A DNA stretch of 57,589 nucleotides, taken from positions 1 through 57,589 of the forward strand of contig JBEKGZ010000001.1 of the NCBI GenBank assembly GCA_050012535.1, read 5' to 3'. Of the stretch, positions 7,680 through 17,413 are shown in pieces. Position numbers and translations under genes: made by a program. The notes beneath the pieces were generated by a model. It was not told the origin of the DNA. It saw nothing but the letters and a program-made list of their open reading frames with translations, and did no database searches. Source of the DNA: Candidatus Bathyarchaeia archaeon (GTDB lineage: Archaea > Thermoproteota > Bathyarchaeia > 40CM-2-53-6). Each line of letters opens with the position of its first letter. The stretch's first letter is position 1.

Positions 7680-8819
7680 GTGCAAATTCGTATCCTACCC
7701 GTACCGGAAGCATTTGGCATGGCAGAGCTGAGACTCAGCGCATTGAGGGACTACTTGAGTTCGCTTGAGAAACGAGACGTGGAGATCTTGCGCGTTGGCG
7801 GCCTTCAGAAACCGAAAAAGACGAGACTTGTAGGGAAATTGAAGGGCTTCGGATACGGCACGCCATACCTCATCGAGTACAAAGCTGGTGCAAAGACGAA
7901 AAGCGGCGTCTTCGAAACGATGCGTCCAGGCGGATTTGGGCACGACTTTCCATGGGACAGAGCGCAGTCGATCCTCTTCGGTCATCGCACCTACAATCGG
8001 CTGCCTAAGCACGTTCATTCGATCGATGTCGGGATACTCACGAAGAAGAGTGAACTCCGGTCTGTGGGCGACTTTTCGGAATTCTTCATTCTAACCGAGA
8101 AGGTAGAGGGCCAAGGCTACTACAAGGACCTCGAGAGAGTAAGAGACTCAGGCACCATGACAGACTTGGATCTAAGAAGGTGCGTCGCTCTCTCAGACTA
8201 CATCGCCCGTGTCCACAGGGTCAAGAAGAAAGCCCCTGACCTCTACGTGCGAACGGTACGGGATCTAGTTGGCCATGGAGAATGCATAATGGGCCTCATC
8301 GACAGCTATCCAAAGGAAGCCGATTTCCTAGAGAAGGATGAACTCAAGGAAATTGAGAAGAAGTGTATCGAGTGGAGGTGGACACTGAAGAACAAGTCTC
8401 GCGCTCTCTGTCGAGTCCACGGCGACTTTCATCCTTTCAACATCATGTTCCGAAAGGGGGTAGACTTCACGGCTCTAGATCGAAGCCGGGCAGAGTGGGG
8501 GGAAGCAGCGGATGATGTGGCTGCAATGTCGATCAACTATCTCTTGTTTTCCATCCAGAAGTATGGCAGGCTCGTGAGTCCATTCGATCAGCTCTACGAG
8601 TCATTCATGAGAACCTACTTGGACGCGACAGGGGACGACGAGTTGCTTGAGGTAATCCAGCCGTTCTACGTGTGGAGATGCTTGGTGGTGGCAAGTCCAA
8701 TCTGGTACCCTGACTTAAGCAGACACAATAGGAGGAGCTTCTTCAATTTCATACATGCTATGCTCGACAACGATCGATTCGACGTCAAAGCAATCAACAG
8801 CTACTTAGGCGACGCTTGA
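7680..8819 (+). CDS. Phosphotransferase (APH / choline kinase-like) family protein
   Basis: Catalytic-loop motif VHGDFHPFNIMF (HxDxxxxN). GTG start at 7680, with an alternative ATG at 7719. Confidence 0.6.
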   Translation: MQIRILPVPEAFGMAELRLSALRDYLSSLEKRDVEILRVGGLQKPKKTRLVGKLKGFGYGTPYLIEYKAGAKTKSGVFETMRPGGFGHDFPWDRAQSILFGHRTYNRLPKHVHSIDVGILTKKSELRSVGDFSEFFILTEKVEGQGYYKDLERVRDSGTMTDLDLRRCVALSDYIARVHRVKKKAPDLYVRTVRDLVGHGECIMGLIDSYPKEADFLEKDELKEIEKKCIEWRWTLKNKSRALCRVHGDFHPFNIMFRKGVDFTALDRSRAEWGEAADDVAAMSINYLLFSIQKYGRLVSPFDQLYESFMRTYLDATGDDELLEVIQPFYVWRCLVVASPIWYPDLSRHNRRSFFNFIHAMLDNDRFDVKAINSYLGDA

Positions 8820-8879
8820 ATCTGCGTAGGATTGCAGGGATGTCCCTGCGAATCTCTCAAGCCATATGAGGTCCGTGAG

Positions 8880-9908
8880 TTGGGCTGCAATCTTCGCCCG
8901 ATCATCGTCCGAAGAGAGATCAAACTCGAGGAATTGCGGCGAAAACTGTTAGCCGTTGACGGGAACAACATGCTCTACCAGTTCTTATCTCTCATCAGGA
9001 CACCGGACGGAGTTTCACTCAAGGACCCTGAGGGTCGCACAACCTCGCATTTGACGGGACTCCTGTTCCGATCGACAAAGCTGATGCTCGACTACGATCT
9101 GAGGTTCGTATTCGTCTTTGACGGCCCACCTCACCCATTGAAGGCAGGAGTGTTGGCTGAGCGAAGGACTGTCCGGGAGAAGGCTAGGACTGAATGGAGC
9201 GAAGCTCTGCAAAGACATGATTTTCAGACTGCTTGGTCCAAGGCAGTGATGATGAGCAAACTCGATCAGCCTATGATAGACGATGCGAAGCGCTTGCTGT
9301 CTCTGATGGGTGTACCGTATGTGCAGGCTCTGGGGGAAGGCGAAGCCCAAGCAGCGTTCATGGCTTCACATGGAGATGCCTGGGCCGCAAGCAGCAGAGA
9401 CTACGACTCAATCCTGTTCGGGAGCCCACGTGTCGTGCGATATCTCACGATCTCAGGACGTGAGTTTCTGCCGAGTAAGGGAATCTCTCGTCCGCTGAAA
9501 CCCGAACTGATAGAACTCTCTAGCTTTCTCAGAGACAACGGGATCACTCGCGAAGAGCTCGTGGACTTGGCGATAATGATTGGAACAGACTTCAACGAAG
9601 GTATCAAAGGGATAGGCCCGAAAACCGCACTCAAGCTAATGAAGCGTCACGGGTCGCTTGAGGCTCTTCCGGATGACTTGAGGGCCAAGATGCCGCGCAA
9701 CTTGGACACGCTCCGGAGCATATTCCTACGACCGGAGGTTACACCCCAGTACTCGATTCTACAACGACCCGCAGATGAGAAAGGGCTGTTGACGTTCTTG
9801 TGTAACGAAAGAGGTTTCTCACAGGAGCGAGTAGAGATTGCCTTGGAGCGTTTGAAAAGCATCTCCCGGCGCACTTCGGAATCTGACTTGGGACGTTGGA
9901 TTAGCTGA
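8880..9908 (+). CDS. fen: Flap endonuclease 1 (FEN-1)
   Basis: Conserved stretches LLAVDGNNMLYQFL and RFVFVFDGPPHPLK, an H3TH region and a C-terminal PIP-like tail. The likely start is TTG 8880 (MGCNLRPII); the longest ORF starts at 8832. Confidence 0.85.
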   Translation: MGCNLRPIIVRREIKLEELRRKLLAVDGNNMLYQFLSLIRTPDGVSLKDPEGRTTSHLTGLLFRSTKLMLDYDLRFVFVFDGPPHPLKAGVLAERRTVREKARTEWSEALQRHDFQTAWSKAVMMSKLDQPMIDDAKRLLSLMGVPYVQALGEGEAQAAFMASHGDAWAASSRDYDSILFGSPRVVRYLTISGREFLPSKGISRPLKPELIELSSFLRDNGITREELVDLAIMIGTDFNEGIKGIGPKTALKLMKRHGSLEALPDDLRAKMPRNLDTLRSIFLRPEVTPQYSILQRPADEKGLLTFLCNERGFSQERVEIALERLKSISRRTSESDLGRWIS

Positions 9909-9927
9909 TGACCAAGATCTCACGGGG

Positions 9928-11538
9928 GTGATGGCGTATATGGCTTCGACATCCTTCCTAGCCTTCGCAGAGCTCTGCGAGAAATTGGAAGCCACTAGAA
10001 GCCGAAACGAAAAAGTACAACAGATCTCAAGTTTCATCTCCACGCTTCAGCCCAATGAGGTTCCGATCGCCGTTCGGTTCTTGACCGGCCGCGTTTTGGG
10101 TGAGCAAGAGATTAGGAAACTGGGGGTAGGCGGAGCCACCATTTGGAAGCTCGCGAAAGCCGACAGTCTGCAAATTTCCCTACTCCCAACCGAGACCGGG
10201 CTGGGCCTGCCTGACGTGAACAGAGCCTTTGAGTCGCTGGCCTCTTTGAGCGGGCCAGATCGCCAACAGAGAGCGGAGAATATCCTGCAGGGACTATTCT
10301 CCAGATTCGGTGAAGTTGAGAAGAAGTACGGATTTCGAGTGCTCTCAGGTGAGATGGAAATCGGGGCAGTAGACGGCGTGCTCCTCGCAGCGATCGCAGC
10401 TGCTTCGAAACTTGACTTGAACAGACTCCGCAGAGCATACATGACGATGGGCGACATCGGACACATTGCGCAATTAGCACTCACGAATCCAAGTGCGGTG
10501 GAGTCAGCAAAGATCGTCATCTTCAATCCCGTCAGACCCATGCTCGCAGAGATGGCAACCAGTATCCGAGAAATTCTCGAATCTCACAAGGGTGGGACTG
10601 CATTCGAGTACAAGTATGACGGTGCCCGCATACAGATTCACAAGCAGAACGGCGAAGTCCGTATCTTTAGCAGAAGGCTGACCGATGTTACGGCGAGTAT
10701 CCCCGAGATCATCGCAATGGCCAAGGATCGAATGGCAATCAAGACAGCTCTCCTGGAAGGTGAGGTAATTGCCGTTGATGACACTGGGAAACCCCTCCCG
10801 TTCCAAGACCTGATGCGCCGGTTTCGACGAGTTCATGATGTGACGGGAGCAACGAGCAGAGTTCCACTGAAGCTGTATCTCTTCGACATTTTAGTGTCAG
10901 GTGATGATGAGTTGGTTGACAGGGCCTACGTGGCAAGGCGGAAGATACTGGAGCAAGAAGTCCCTCGAGACTTGCTTGCTCCGTATGTCGTGTCCAAAGA
11001 TGAGGATGAGATTCAACGCCTCTTCGAAAGGGTGCTTGCCGAAGGACACGAGGGACTGATGGCGAAGTCTTTGGACAGTAGATATGACGTCGGCAAGAGA
11101 GGCAAGAAATGGTTCAAGCTGAAGCGGGCGGAGACGCTCGACCTCGTCATCGTTGCGGCTGACTGGGGGTACGGACGTAGAACCGGGTGGCTATCTAACT
11201 ACCATCTTGCCGCCCGAGACGAGAGCACGGGAGAGTTTCTAGTAGTGGGAAAGACCTTCAAAGGGCTGACCGACGAAGAGTTCGCACAGATGACCAAGAG
11301 ACTCCAAGAACTGAAGTCGCACGAGGAGGAGTTCACAGTCACTGTGAAGCCTAGGATGGTCGTGGAGGTTGCCTATGATGAGATACAGCGAAGCCCTCAC
11401 TACAAGTCAGGCTTCGCATTAAGATTCGCCAGAATAGCAAGAATCAGGGATGACAAGACACCGGATGAGGCAGATTCCCTGCAGAGAATGCGCAACCTAT
11501 ACGATGGACAGTTCTCCAGAAAGGGTATGCTTAAGTGA
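9928..11538 (+). CDS. lig: ATP-dependent DNA ligase
   Basis: Adenylation motif I EYKYDGARIQIH and an OB-domain C-terminus. 536 aa. Confidence 0.9.
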   Translation: MMAYMASTSFLAFAELCEKLEATRSRNEKVQQISSFISTLQPNEVPIAVRFLTGRVLGEQEIRKLGVGGATIWKLAKADSLQISLLPTETGLGLPDVNRAFESLASLSGPDRQQRAENILQGLFSRFGEVEKKYGFRVLSGEMEIGAVDGVLLAAIAAASKLDLNRLRRAYMTMGDIGHIAQLALTNPSAVESAKIVIFNPVRPMLAEMATSIREILESHKGGTAFEYKYDGARIQIHKQNGEVRIFSRRLTDVTASIPEIIAMAKDRMAIKTALLEGEVIAVDDTGKPLPFQDLMRRFRRVHDVTGATSRVPLKLYLFDILVSGDDELVDRAYVARRKILEQEVPRDLLAPYVVSKDEDEIQRLFERVLAEGHEGLMAKSLDSRYDVGKRGKKWFKLKRAETLDLVIVAADWGYGRRTGWLSNYHLAARDESTGEFLVVGKTFKGLTDEEFAQMTKRLQELKSHEEEFTVTVKPRMVVEVAYDEIQRSPHYKSGFALRFARIARIRDDKTPDEADSLQRMRNLYDGQFSRKGMLK

Positions 11539-11633
11539 TCAAGACCTTACCGAGCATAGTGGCCCCCAGCGTATCCTTCGGGCCGTTCTAGGAGGATCTA
11601 AACGATCACAGCGAGACAGGCTGGTCTTGATGC

Positions 11634-11951
11634 TTGAAGTTCTGTGAGAAATGCGGATCATACATGGTCAAAGTTCCAGGCGGATTCTCCTGCCCAAGGT
11701 GTGGGAATGAGGCTCGTGACCACGCGATTGAGGTTCGACGTATTGAACATCGTGACTCCTCTTCCGTTGGCGTGGTTGACAAGCCAGAAGGTGAGTATGT
11801 GAAGGTCAATGAAACATGCCCCCGGTGTGGTAATCGTGAGGCTTTCCGGAATGTCTCTGTCGTTGCTGGAGAACACGCAGGGATCAGGCAAGAGAGATCA
11901 GTGGAGCGGTTGAAATGCACGAGGTGTCAGCACTCTTGGAGCAGAACGTGA
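11634..11951 (+). CDS. TFS / RpoM-family double zinc-ribbon protein (divergent C-terminal ribbon)
   Basis: TTG start. N-ribbon is CEKCG..CPRCG and C-ribbon is CPRCG..CTRCQHSW. The canonical QxRSADEP acidic loop is absent. Confidence 0.65.
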   Translation: MKFCEKCGSYMVKVPGGFSCPRCGNEARDHAIEVRRIEHRDSSSVGVVDKPEGEYVKVNETCPRCGNREAFRNVSVVAGEHAGIRQERSVERLKCTRCQHSWSRT

Positions 11952-12016
11952 ATCTAGCTTGCCGAGTCTTCTGACGATTGCATTCCAGATCGAAAAATGC
12001 TGAGTGAACGTCGCAG

Positions 12017-12715
12017 GTGCCCGGATTGCGAGCTTGTGTGCTGTTCAGTGGAGGAAAGGATAGCGCCTTTGCGCTGTGGTGCGCAATTCATCAAGGTTAC
12101 GAGATACCGTGCCTTCTGACGATCTTCCCCCAACGCAGCGATTCTTGGATGTTCCATTATCCCGATATCGAGTGGACTCGCCTTCAGGCTGAGGCCGTTG
12201 GGATTCCACAGGTGACTGCAAAGGCTTCTGGGGTGAAGGAGGAGGAACTCGGCGCGATGAAGGAGGCATTACTCGAGCTCAAGCGCACGCGTGGAATCGA
12301 CTGCGTGGTGACCGGTGCAATTGCCAGTGAGTATCAGAAGTGGCGCATTGAGACAATATGCTACGAGCTTGGACTCCGATCGGTCGCGCCGCTGTGGAGG
12401 AAAGATCCGGAGCAGCTGCTCACCGAACAGGTGGAGATGGGGTTCGAGTTCATCCTGACAGCATGCATGGCAATGGGACTTGGCCCAGACTGGCTTGGAC
12501 GCGTGATTGACAGCAAAGCCATAGACGAACTGAAGAGTATCAGGAGAAGATACGGGATTAGCCTGGTCTTCGAGGGAGGGGAGGCAGAGACCTACGTACT
12601 CAATGCACCTATGTTCACCAAGAGAATCCGTATTGCTGAGGCGCGTCCTGTCTGGAAGGGAGATTCAGGCTCCCTAGATATTGTTAGAGCGAGCTTGTAC
12701 GACAAGGATGCCTAG
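12017..12715 (+). CDS. Diphthine-ammonia ligase-like PP-loop ATPase (MJ0570/Dph6 family)
   Basis: N-terminal CVLFSGGKDS PP-loop. 232 aa. Confidence 0.7.
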   Translation: MPGLRACVLFSGGKDSAFALWCAIHQGYEIPCLLTIFPQRSDSWMFHYPDIEWTRLQAEAVGIPQVTAKASGVKEEELGAMKEALLELKRTRGIDCVVTGAIASEYQKWRIETICYELGLRSVAPLWRKDPEQLLTEQVEMGFEFILTACMAMGLGPDWLGRVIDSKAIDELKSIRRRYGISLVFEGGEAETYVLNAPMFTKRIRIAEARPVWKGDSGSLDIVRASLYDKDA

Positions 12716-14025
12716 ACCTGCTGTGAACGAGCTAGCAGATCTTGTGTTACTCGATCGACATTCTCTGCGATCGTTTTCGGGTCGAGTATTGTGAACCTGC
12801 GTTTCTCCATGAGGACCTTGCCGTTGACAATGGTAGTATCGACGTTGGCACCGTTCGCAGAATAGACGAGGTCGGAGATGACCGTGTCTTTTCCGTGAAT
12901 CGGCATCATGTTAGGAGCGCTAGTGTCCACGAGAATCATGTCGGCAGATTTGCCGACCTCTATGCTTCCTATCGTCCCTTCCATGCCCAGCACTCTCGCC
13001 CCCTCTCTAGTGGCTAGGTCGAGTGTCATCTGAGCAGGAAGTAGAGTAGGATCCCAACGTGTATGTTTGTGCAAGAGTGCACAGAACTTCATCGTCTCAA
13101 ACATATCTAACGTATTGTTACTTGCTGCACCATCAGTGCCAAGCCCCACGCACACATGGCTCTCGAACATTTCGGGAAGTGGTGCCGCGCCGCCAACCGC
13201 GAGCTTCATGTTGGACACGGGGCAGTGCGCAACCTTAGTGCCAGATTCGCCGAGAAGCTTGACCTCTTTTATGCTGACCCATCCACAATGGGCGCCTACA
13301 ACATTTGCCCCAAGGAACTGAATCCGATCTAGATACTCGACAACCTTCAGTCCTAGTCTGTTCTCGATATCCCCCTGTTCCTTTCTTGTCTCGGCTATGT
13401 GTGTGTGGACCAGCACGTGCTCCTTATCAGCTCGTGCTTTCGCCCATTGAAGTGTCTCTTCTGAGCAGGAATAGACTGAATGCGGAGCAATGGCCGGCGT
13501 GACAAGAGGATTACTGATTTCCTTGAGAAAGTCTAGCACCTTGCTGGCGTTCTCCCTGTGGAGTTTCGGGTCAGGCGTGAGGTCTATGATCACGGAGGAC
13601 AGAACTGCTCGAATGCCCGTGTCACGTATGGCCTTCGCCTCGCTCTCAACGAAAAAGTACATGTCGTTGAAGGTTGTGGTTCCCGAGGCGATCATCTCGA
13701 GGCAGCCAAGCATCGTTCCCCAGTAGCATGTATCTTCCGTCATGTTTGGTTCGAGTTTCCAGATCTTGTTGCTAAGCCACTCTTGGAGCAGCATGTCGTC
13801 TGCGTATCCTCTGAAGATCACCATCGGGACATGCGTGTGCGCGTTTACCAAGCCAGGCAGCAAGATCATTCCATGGCCATCAAGGACCCGATCAGCATCA
13901 TGTGGAGTTCTGCTGCCTATCTCGGCGATCTTCCCGTTCTCGACATAGACCGAAGCATTCCTGAGAACACTCCTCGCGCTGTCTTGAGTCACGATCCACG
14001 AGCAATCTCGAACCAGAAGAGACAT
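12712..14025 (-). CDS. mtaD: Amidohydrolase, 5-methylthioadenosine/S-adenosylhomocysteine deaminase-like
   Basis: Motifs LLPGLVNAHTHVPM, GTDGAASNN and an HxH metal site. 437 aa. Confidence 0.75.
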   Translation of the reverse strand: MSLLVRDCSWIVTQDSARSVLRNASVYVENGKIAEIGSRTPHDADRVLDGHGMILLPGLVNAHTHVPMVIFRGYADDMLLQEWLSNKIWKLEPNMTEDTCYWGTMLGCLEMIASGTTTFNDMYFFVESEAKAIRDTGIRAVLSSVIIDLTPDPKLHRENASKVLDFLKEISNPLVTPAIAPHSVYSCSEETLQWAKARADKEHVLVHTHIAETRKEQGDIENRLGLKVVEYLDRIQFLGANVVGAHCGWVSIKEVKLLGESGTKVAHCPVSNMKLAVGGAAPLPEMFESHVCVGLGTDGAASNNTLDMFETMKFCALLHKHTRWDPTLLPAQMTLDLATREGARVLGMEGTIGSIEVGKSADMILVDTSAPNMMPIHGKDTVISDLVYSANGANVDTTIVNGKVLMEKRRFTILDPKTIAENVDRVTQDLLARSQQV

Positions 14026-14153
14026 GACTGATCGGTGCGCAAGACCTCTGCTTGGTCTGCATAAAGCCTTTCACAATACGATCGTTGCGATCGAACGGGG
14101 CATCATGTCCCCAAAGAGTCCGGCTGAGGGCTCACGGTCTTATGCACTATGAG

Positions 14154-14768
14154 TTATTCGATGGTTGCGTGTCTTTTCTTCAGCTCGGTTTCTGTTAGGC
14201 CGAGGCGGCGCATCAATTCGACAACAACACCATCCAAGAATGTCATGAGGCTGATCTCAAACACTGTGCCAAGTGGAGCCATAAGTTCGTGTTCTCCCAT
14301 GAGCTGACGCAGGAAGTAGTCCTTCTCATCTGCCACTCTTGTGCGGCCTTTGACGAGCACAACATCATCCGCCAGCTTCCCAAGGTCAGAATCGACGTAG
14401 GAGGTTATTGCGATGATCTTCGCACCGACAGTCTTGCCGATTTCTACGGCTGTCACGACTATCTTAGTTGTGCCTGATCCTGACAGAGCTATGATCAGAT
14501 CTCCTCTTCCAATCGACGGTGTGATCGTCTCTCCCATTACGTACACTTGGAAGCCTAGATGCATAAGTCGCATCGCGAAGGCTCGGCCAATGAGGCCCGA
14601 TCTTCCGGCTCCTACAACAAGGATTCGTCGATCGGTGGAGACGAGCATCTCCGCCACCATCTTCTCGACTTGGTCCAGATCGACTCGCGCTAGGGATTCT
14701 CGAACGCTATCTATGAGATCGCGCGTGGCACGTTCATACCCAGCCAGCCGCAAATTGACACCGATCAT
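14154..14768 (-). CDS. SIS-domain protein, 6-phospho-3-hexuloisomerase-like
   Basis: VVGAGRSGLIGRAFAMRLMHLGF followed by ALSGSGTT, a typical SIS/PHI pattern. Confidence 0.65.
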   Translation of the reverse strand: MIGVNLRLAGYERATRDLIDSVRESLARVDLDQVEKMVAEMLVSTDRRILVVGAGRSGLIGRAFAMRLMHLGFQVYVMGETITPSIGRGDLIIALSGSGTTKIVVTAVEIGKTVGAKIIAITSYVDSDLGKLADDVVLVKGRTRVADEKDYFLRQLMGEHELMAPLGTVFEISLMTFLDGVVVELMRRLGLTETELKKRHATIE

Positions 14769-14868
14769 ACCTTTGAAGGCGCTGAACCCTCTTTACTCTT
14801 GCCATCACGCGCCTCCCGGATGTGGTCCTGTGGCGCACCTATGGCACTCAGTTGAGCTAACTGCGAAG

Positions 14869-15654
14869 CTAGAACCACGGGAATATCTTAGGCATCTTGA
14901 TGGGAATGTCCAGTATCGGAAGCGGGACGTAGAAGTACACGTATACCGCGAGCGCAAGCATCAGTATTGTTGATACGATGACAACGTAGTCGGTGGCTTT
15001 CATTCGAAGCACAATGAGTGGCTGACGGTTCGGGCTCGCGCCGAATCCCCTCGACTCAAGGGCTTCTGCCAACTCGATGCTTCTCCTGATGGCCGAGACG
15101 ATCAGGGGAATCAGAATTGGTATGTAATTACGTATCCGTTTCATGAAGTTGCCTCTGTCGAGCTCAAGGCCTCTAGATCGTTGCGCATCGATCACAGTCT
15201 GGGCGTCAAGCGCCATCGTGGGAACCAGTCGCACCGATGTCGTGAACGTGAACGATAGGGTGTACGGAACGTGGGTCTGTTCCAGAGCCAGACCTAGATC
15301 ATCAGGTGAAGTGGTCATGAAGAATAGAGAGAAAGTGGACATTAATGTGACGAAACGCAGGGTCATCGCGGCTGAAAACACAAATGTTGATCCAAAGACG
15401 AAGTTCATGGTGAATATCAGAACGGCGAGGAGAATACCAGCCCTCATCGATCCAGCCCATTTTCTCCACGATTTCGAGACGTAGACAATCGGTAGTTGTA
15501 CGAGAAATATGCTGATGAGCGCATAGATGTTTGAGAACATGAGCGCAGCCGCAAATATGCCCATGGTCATGATGAACTTTGCACGGGGATCCATTCTGTG
15601 AATTGGCGTCGGAAGCTTAGCGAACTTGAAGCCGTCGAAGACTTTCAGGGACAA
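14869..15654 (-). CDS. ecfT: ECF transporter transmembrane (T) component
   Basis: Polytopic membrane protein with an EcfT/CbiQ-like ARG-type motif (DAQRSRG). Directly downstream of two ECF ATPase genes. Confidence 0.75.
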   Translation of the reverse strand: MSLKVFDGFKFAKLPTPIHRMDPRAKFIMTMGIFAAALMFSNIYALISIFLVQLPIVYVSKSWRKWAGSMRAGILLAVLIFTMNFVFGSTFVFSAAMTLRFVTLMSTFSLFFMTTSPDDLGLALEQTHVPYTLSFTFTTSVRLVPTMALDAQTVIDAQRSRGLELDRGNFMKRIRNYIPILIPLIVSAIRRSIELAEALESRGFGASPNRQPLIVLRMKATDYVVIVSTILMLALAVYVYFYVPLPILDIPIKMPKIFPWF

Positions 15655-16476
15655 CTACTCTTTCCTCCCGAGTGCGTGTAGAATCGCTTGCTCGGCAGCG
15701 TAGACGTCGATTGTGCGTTCAGGCAATCCGCAGTCCTTGAGTTGATGCATGAGCGCTCCAATCTGCGGCCTTGTCAGCGATGCTCTGTCAAGCAGTGCCC
15801 CATCGGTCAGAATATCTTCCGCAGGACGATCTCCTATAACCAATCCTCTGGATAGTAAGATGATTCGAGGCTTACACTCTGCGACAAACTCAACGTCGTG
15901 AGTGATGACTATGACTGTCTTTCCTTGAGCGTTTAGCTGGATTATGAAGTTCCTCAAGCGGTCTTTCTGTTGATAGTCTTGGCCTATGGTCGGTTCGTCG
16001 AGGATTATGTGTTTTGGATTCCACACCAGCACAGCCGCAAGAGCCACCCTCTTCCTTTCTCCCCCGCTCAGAACAAAAGGCGAGGACTGCGTATAGCGGG
16101 TTAGATCTAGCGTCTCGAGAATTGAGGCGACTCGTCTGTCGATCGTATCTTCCTTGTAGCCAAAGTTTCTGAGGGAGAACGCGAGCTCCTCCCAAACGGT
16201 CTCAGAGAAGAGCTGGTGGTCTGGGTTCTGGAAAACAAGTCCTACATCCTTCGAGAGTCTCGCAACACTGGAATCATGCGTGTCAACGCCATCCACTTTC
16301 ACTCTTCCCGCAGTCGGCCTGAGGAGGCCGTTGAAAGTCTTCACCAGGGTAGTCTTGCCTGCGCCGTTTTCCCCCATGATTGCGACGAATTCGCCATCGT
16401 TGATCTTGATGTCGATACCACGGAGGACCGCTTGGGATCCGGGGTAAGCGAACTTGAGACCCTCGGTTTCAATCAT
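15655..16476 (-). CDS. ecfA: ECF transporter ATPase component
   Basis: Walker A GENGAGKTT, signature LSGGERKR and Walker B ILDEPT. Confidence 0.85.
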   Translation of the reverse strand: MIETEGLKFAYPGSQAVLRGIDIKINDGEFVAIMGENGAGKTTLVKTFNGLLRPTAGRVKVDGVDTHDSSVARLSKDVGLVFQNPDHQLFSETVWEELAFSLRNFGYKEDTIDRRVASILETLDLTRYTQSSPFVLSGGERKRVALAAVLVWNPKHIILDEPTIGQDYQQKDRLRNFIIQLNAQGKTVIVITHDVEFVAECKPRIILLSRGLVIGDRPAEDILTDGALLDRASLTRPQIGALMHQLKDCGLPERTIDVYAAEQAILHALGRKE

Positions 16477-17315
16477 CGGCTCAGCATCTTCCTAAGCACG
16501 TCGACTGCTTCGTCGACCGTTGTAGGGGTTTGAGTGAATTGGACGCCGTCTTTCTGCAGGAGATTGAACAGTGCCGTAACCCGTGGGAGTCCTATCCCAA
16601 TCAGCCGAGCGTGCTCGCCGTAGACATCTTTGGGCGTTCCGTCGAGGACAATCCGTCCGTTGTCCATCACAATGACTCGGTTCGCATGCTTCGATACGAT
16701 GTCGAGCCTGTGTTCAACTAGGATGATTGTGATCCCGAGCTTCTTGTTTAGGTTAGAGATGACTTCTAGGATTTCTAATGCTGACTTCGGGTCGAGGAAG
16801 GACGTAGGCTCGTCTAGAACTATCACTTTAGGTTGCATGGCCAAAACGCCTGCTATCGCTGCTCGTTGCTGTTGGCCGCCAGAGAGCTCGTACGGGGGCT
16901 TGTCCTTGAGATGGCTGATCCCCGTAACATCCAGAGCCCAATCCACCCGTTTCCTAGTTTCTTCCCTACTTAGTCCTAGATTCTCCGGTCCGAAAGCAAC
17001 ATCTCTCTCGACGCTCAGCGAGAAGAGCTGGTTTTCGGGATTCTGAAAAACCATGCCGACATGAGGTGCCAATTCCGCGGTTGTGTGATCTTTCACACTC
17101 AAGCCATCAACGATCAGGTCACCAGTAAAATCACCCGAGTAGAAGTTGGGGATAAGTCCGTTGAGGCATCTGCAGATTGTTGTCTTCCCACATCCGCTCG
17201 GCCCTGTCAGGACAACGAACTCGCCAGGCGAGACTCCGATTGAGAGATCTTCGATCGACGGTTTGGAGGCGCCTGTGTATGTGAAGCTCAGATGATTCGC
17301 CTGAACAATTGACAA
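16473..17315 (-). CDS. ecfA: ECF transporter ATPase component
   Basis: Walker A GPSGCGKTT, signature LSGGQQQR and Walker B VLDEPT. Overlaps the next ATPase gene by 4 nt. Confidence 0.85.
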   Translation of the reverse strand: MSIVQANHLSFTYTGASKPSIEDLSIGVSPGEFVVLTGPSGCGKTTICRCLNGLIPNFYSGDFTGDLIVDGLSVKDHTTAELAPHVGMVFQNPENQLFSLSVERDVAFGPENLGLSREETRKRVDWALDVTGISHLKDKPPYELSGGQQQRAAIAGVLAMQPKVIVLDEPTSFLDPKSALEILEVISNLNKKLGITIILVEHRLDIVSKHANRVIVMDNGRIVLDGTPKDVYGEHARLIGIGLPRVTALFNLLQKDGVQFTQTPTTVDEAVDVLRKMLSR

Positions 17316-17413
17316 ATCCTTCCAGCCTCACGTCATCCCAAGTCGACCTAGGAGCTCTGAGCAGCTATCACTTTCGAGCCGCGCGCCATATCTTGGCTGA
17401 TCCATATAGCCTT

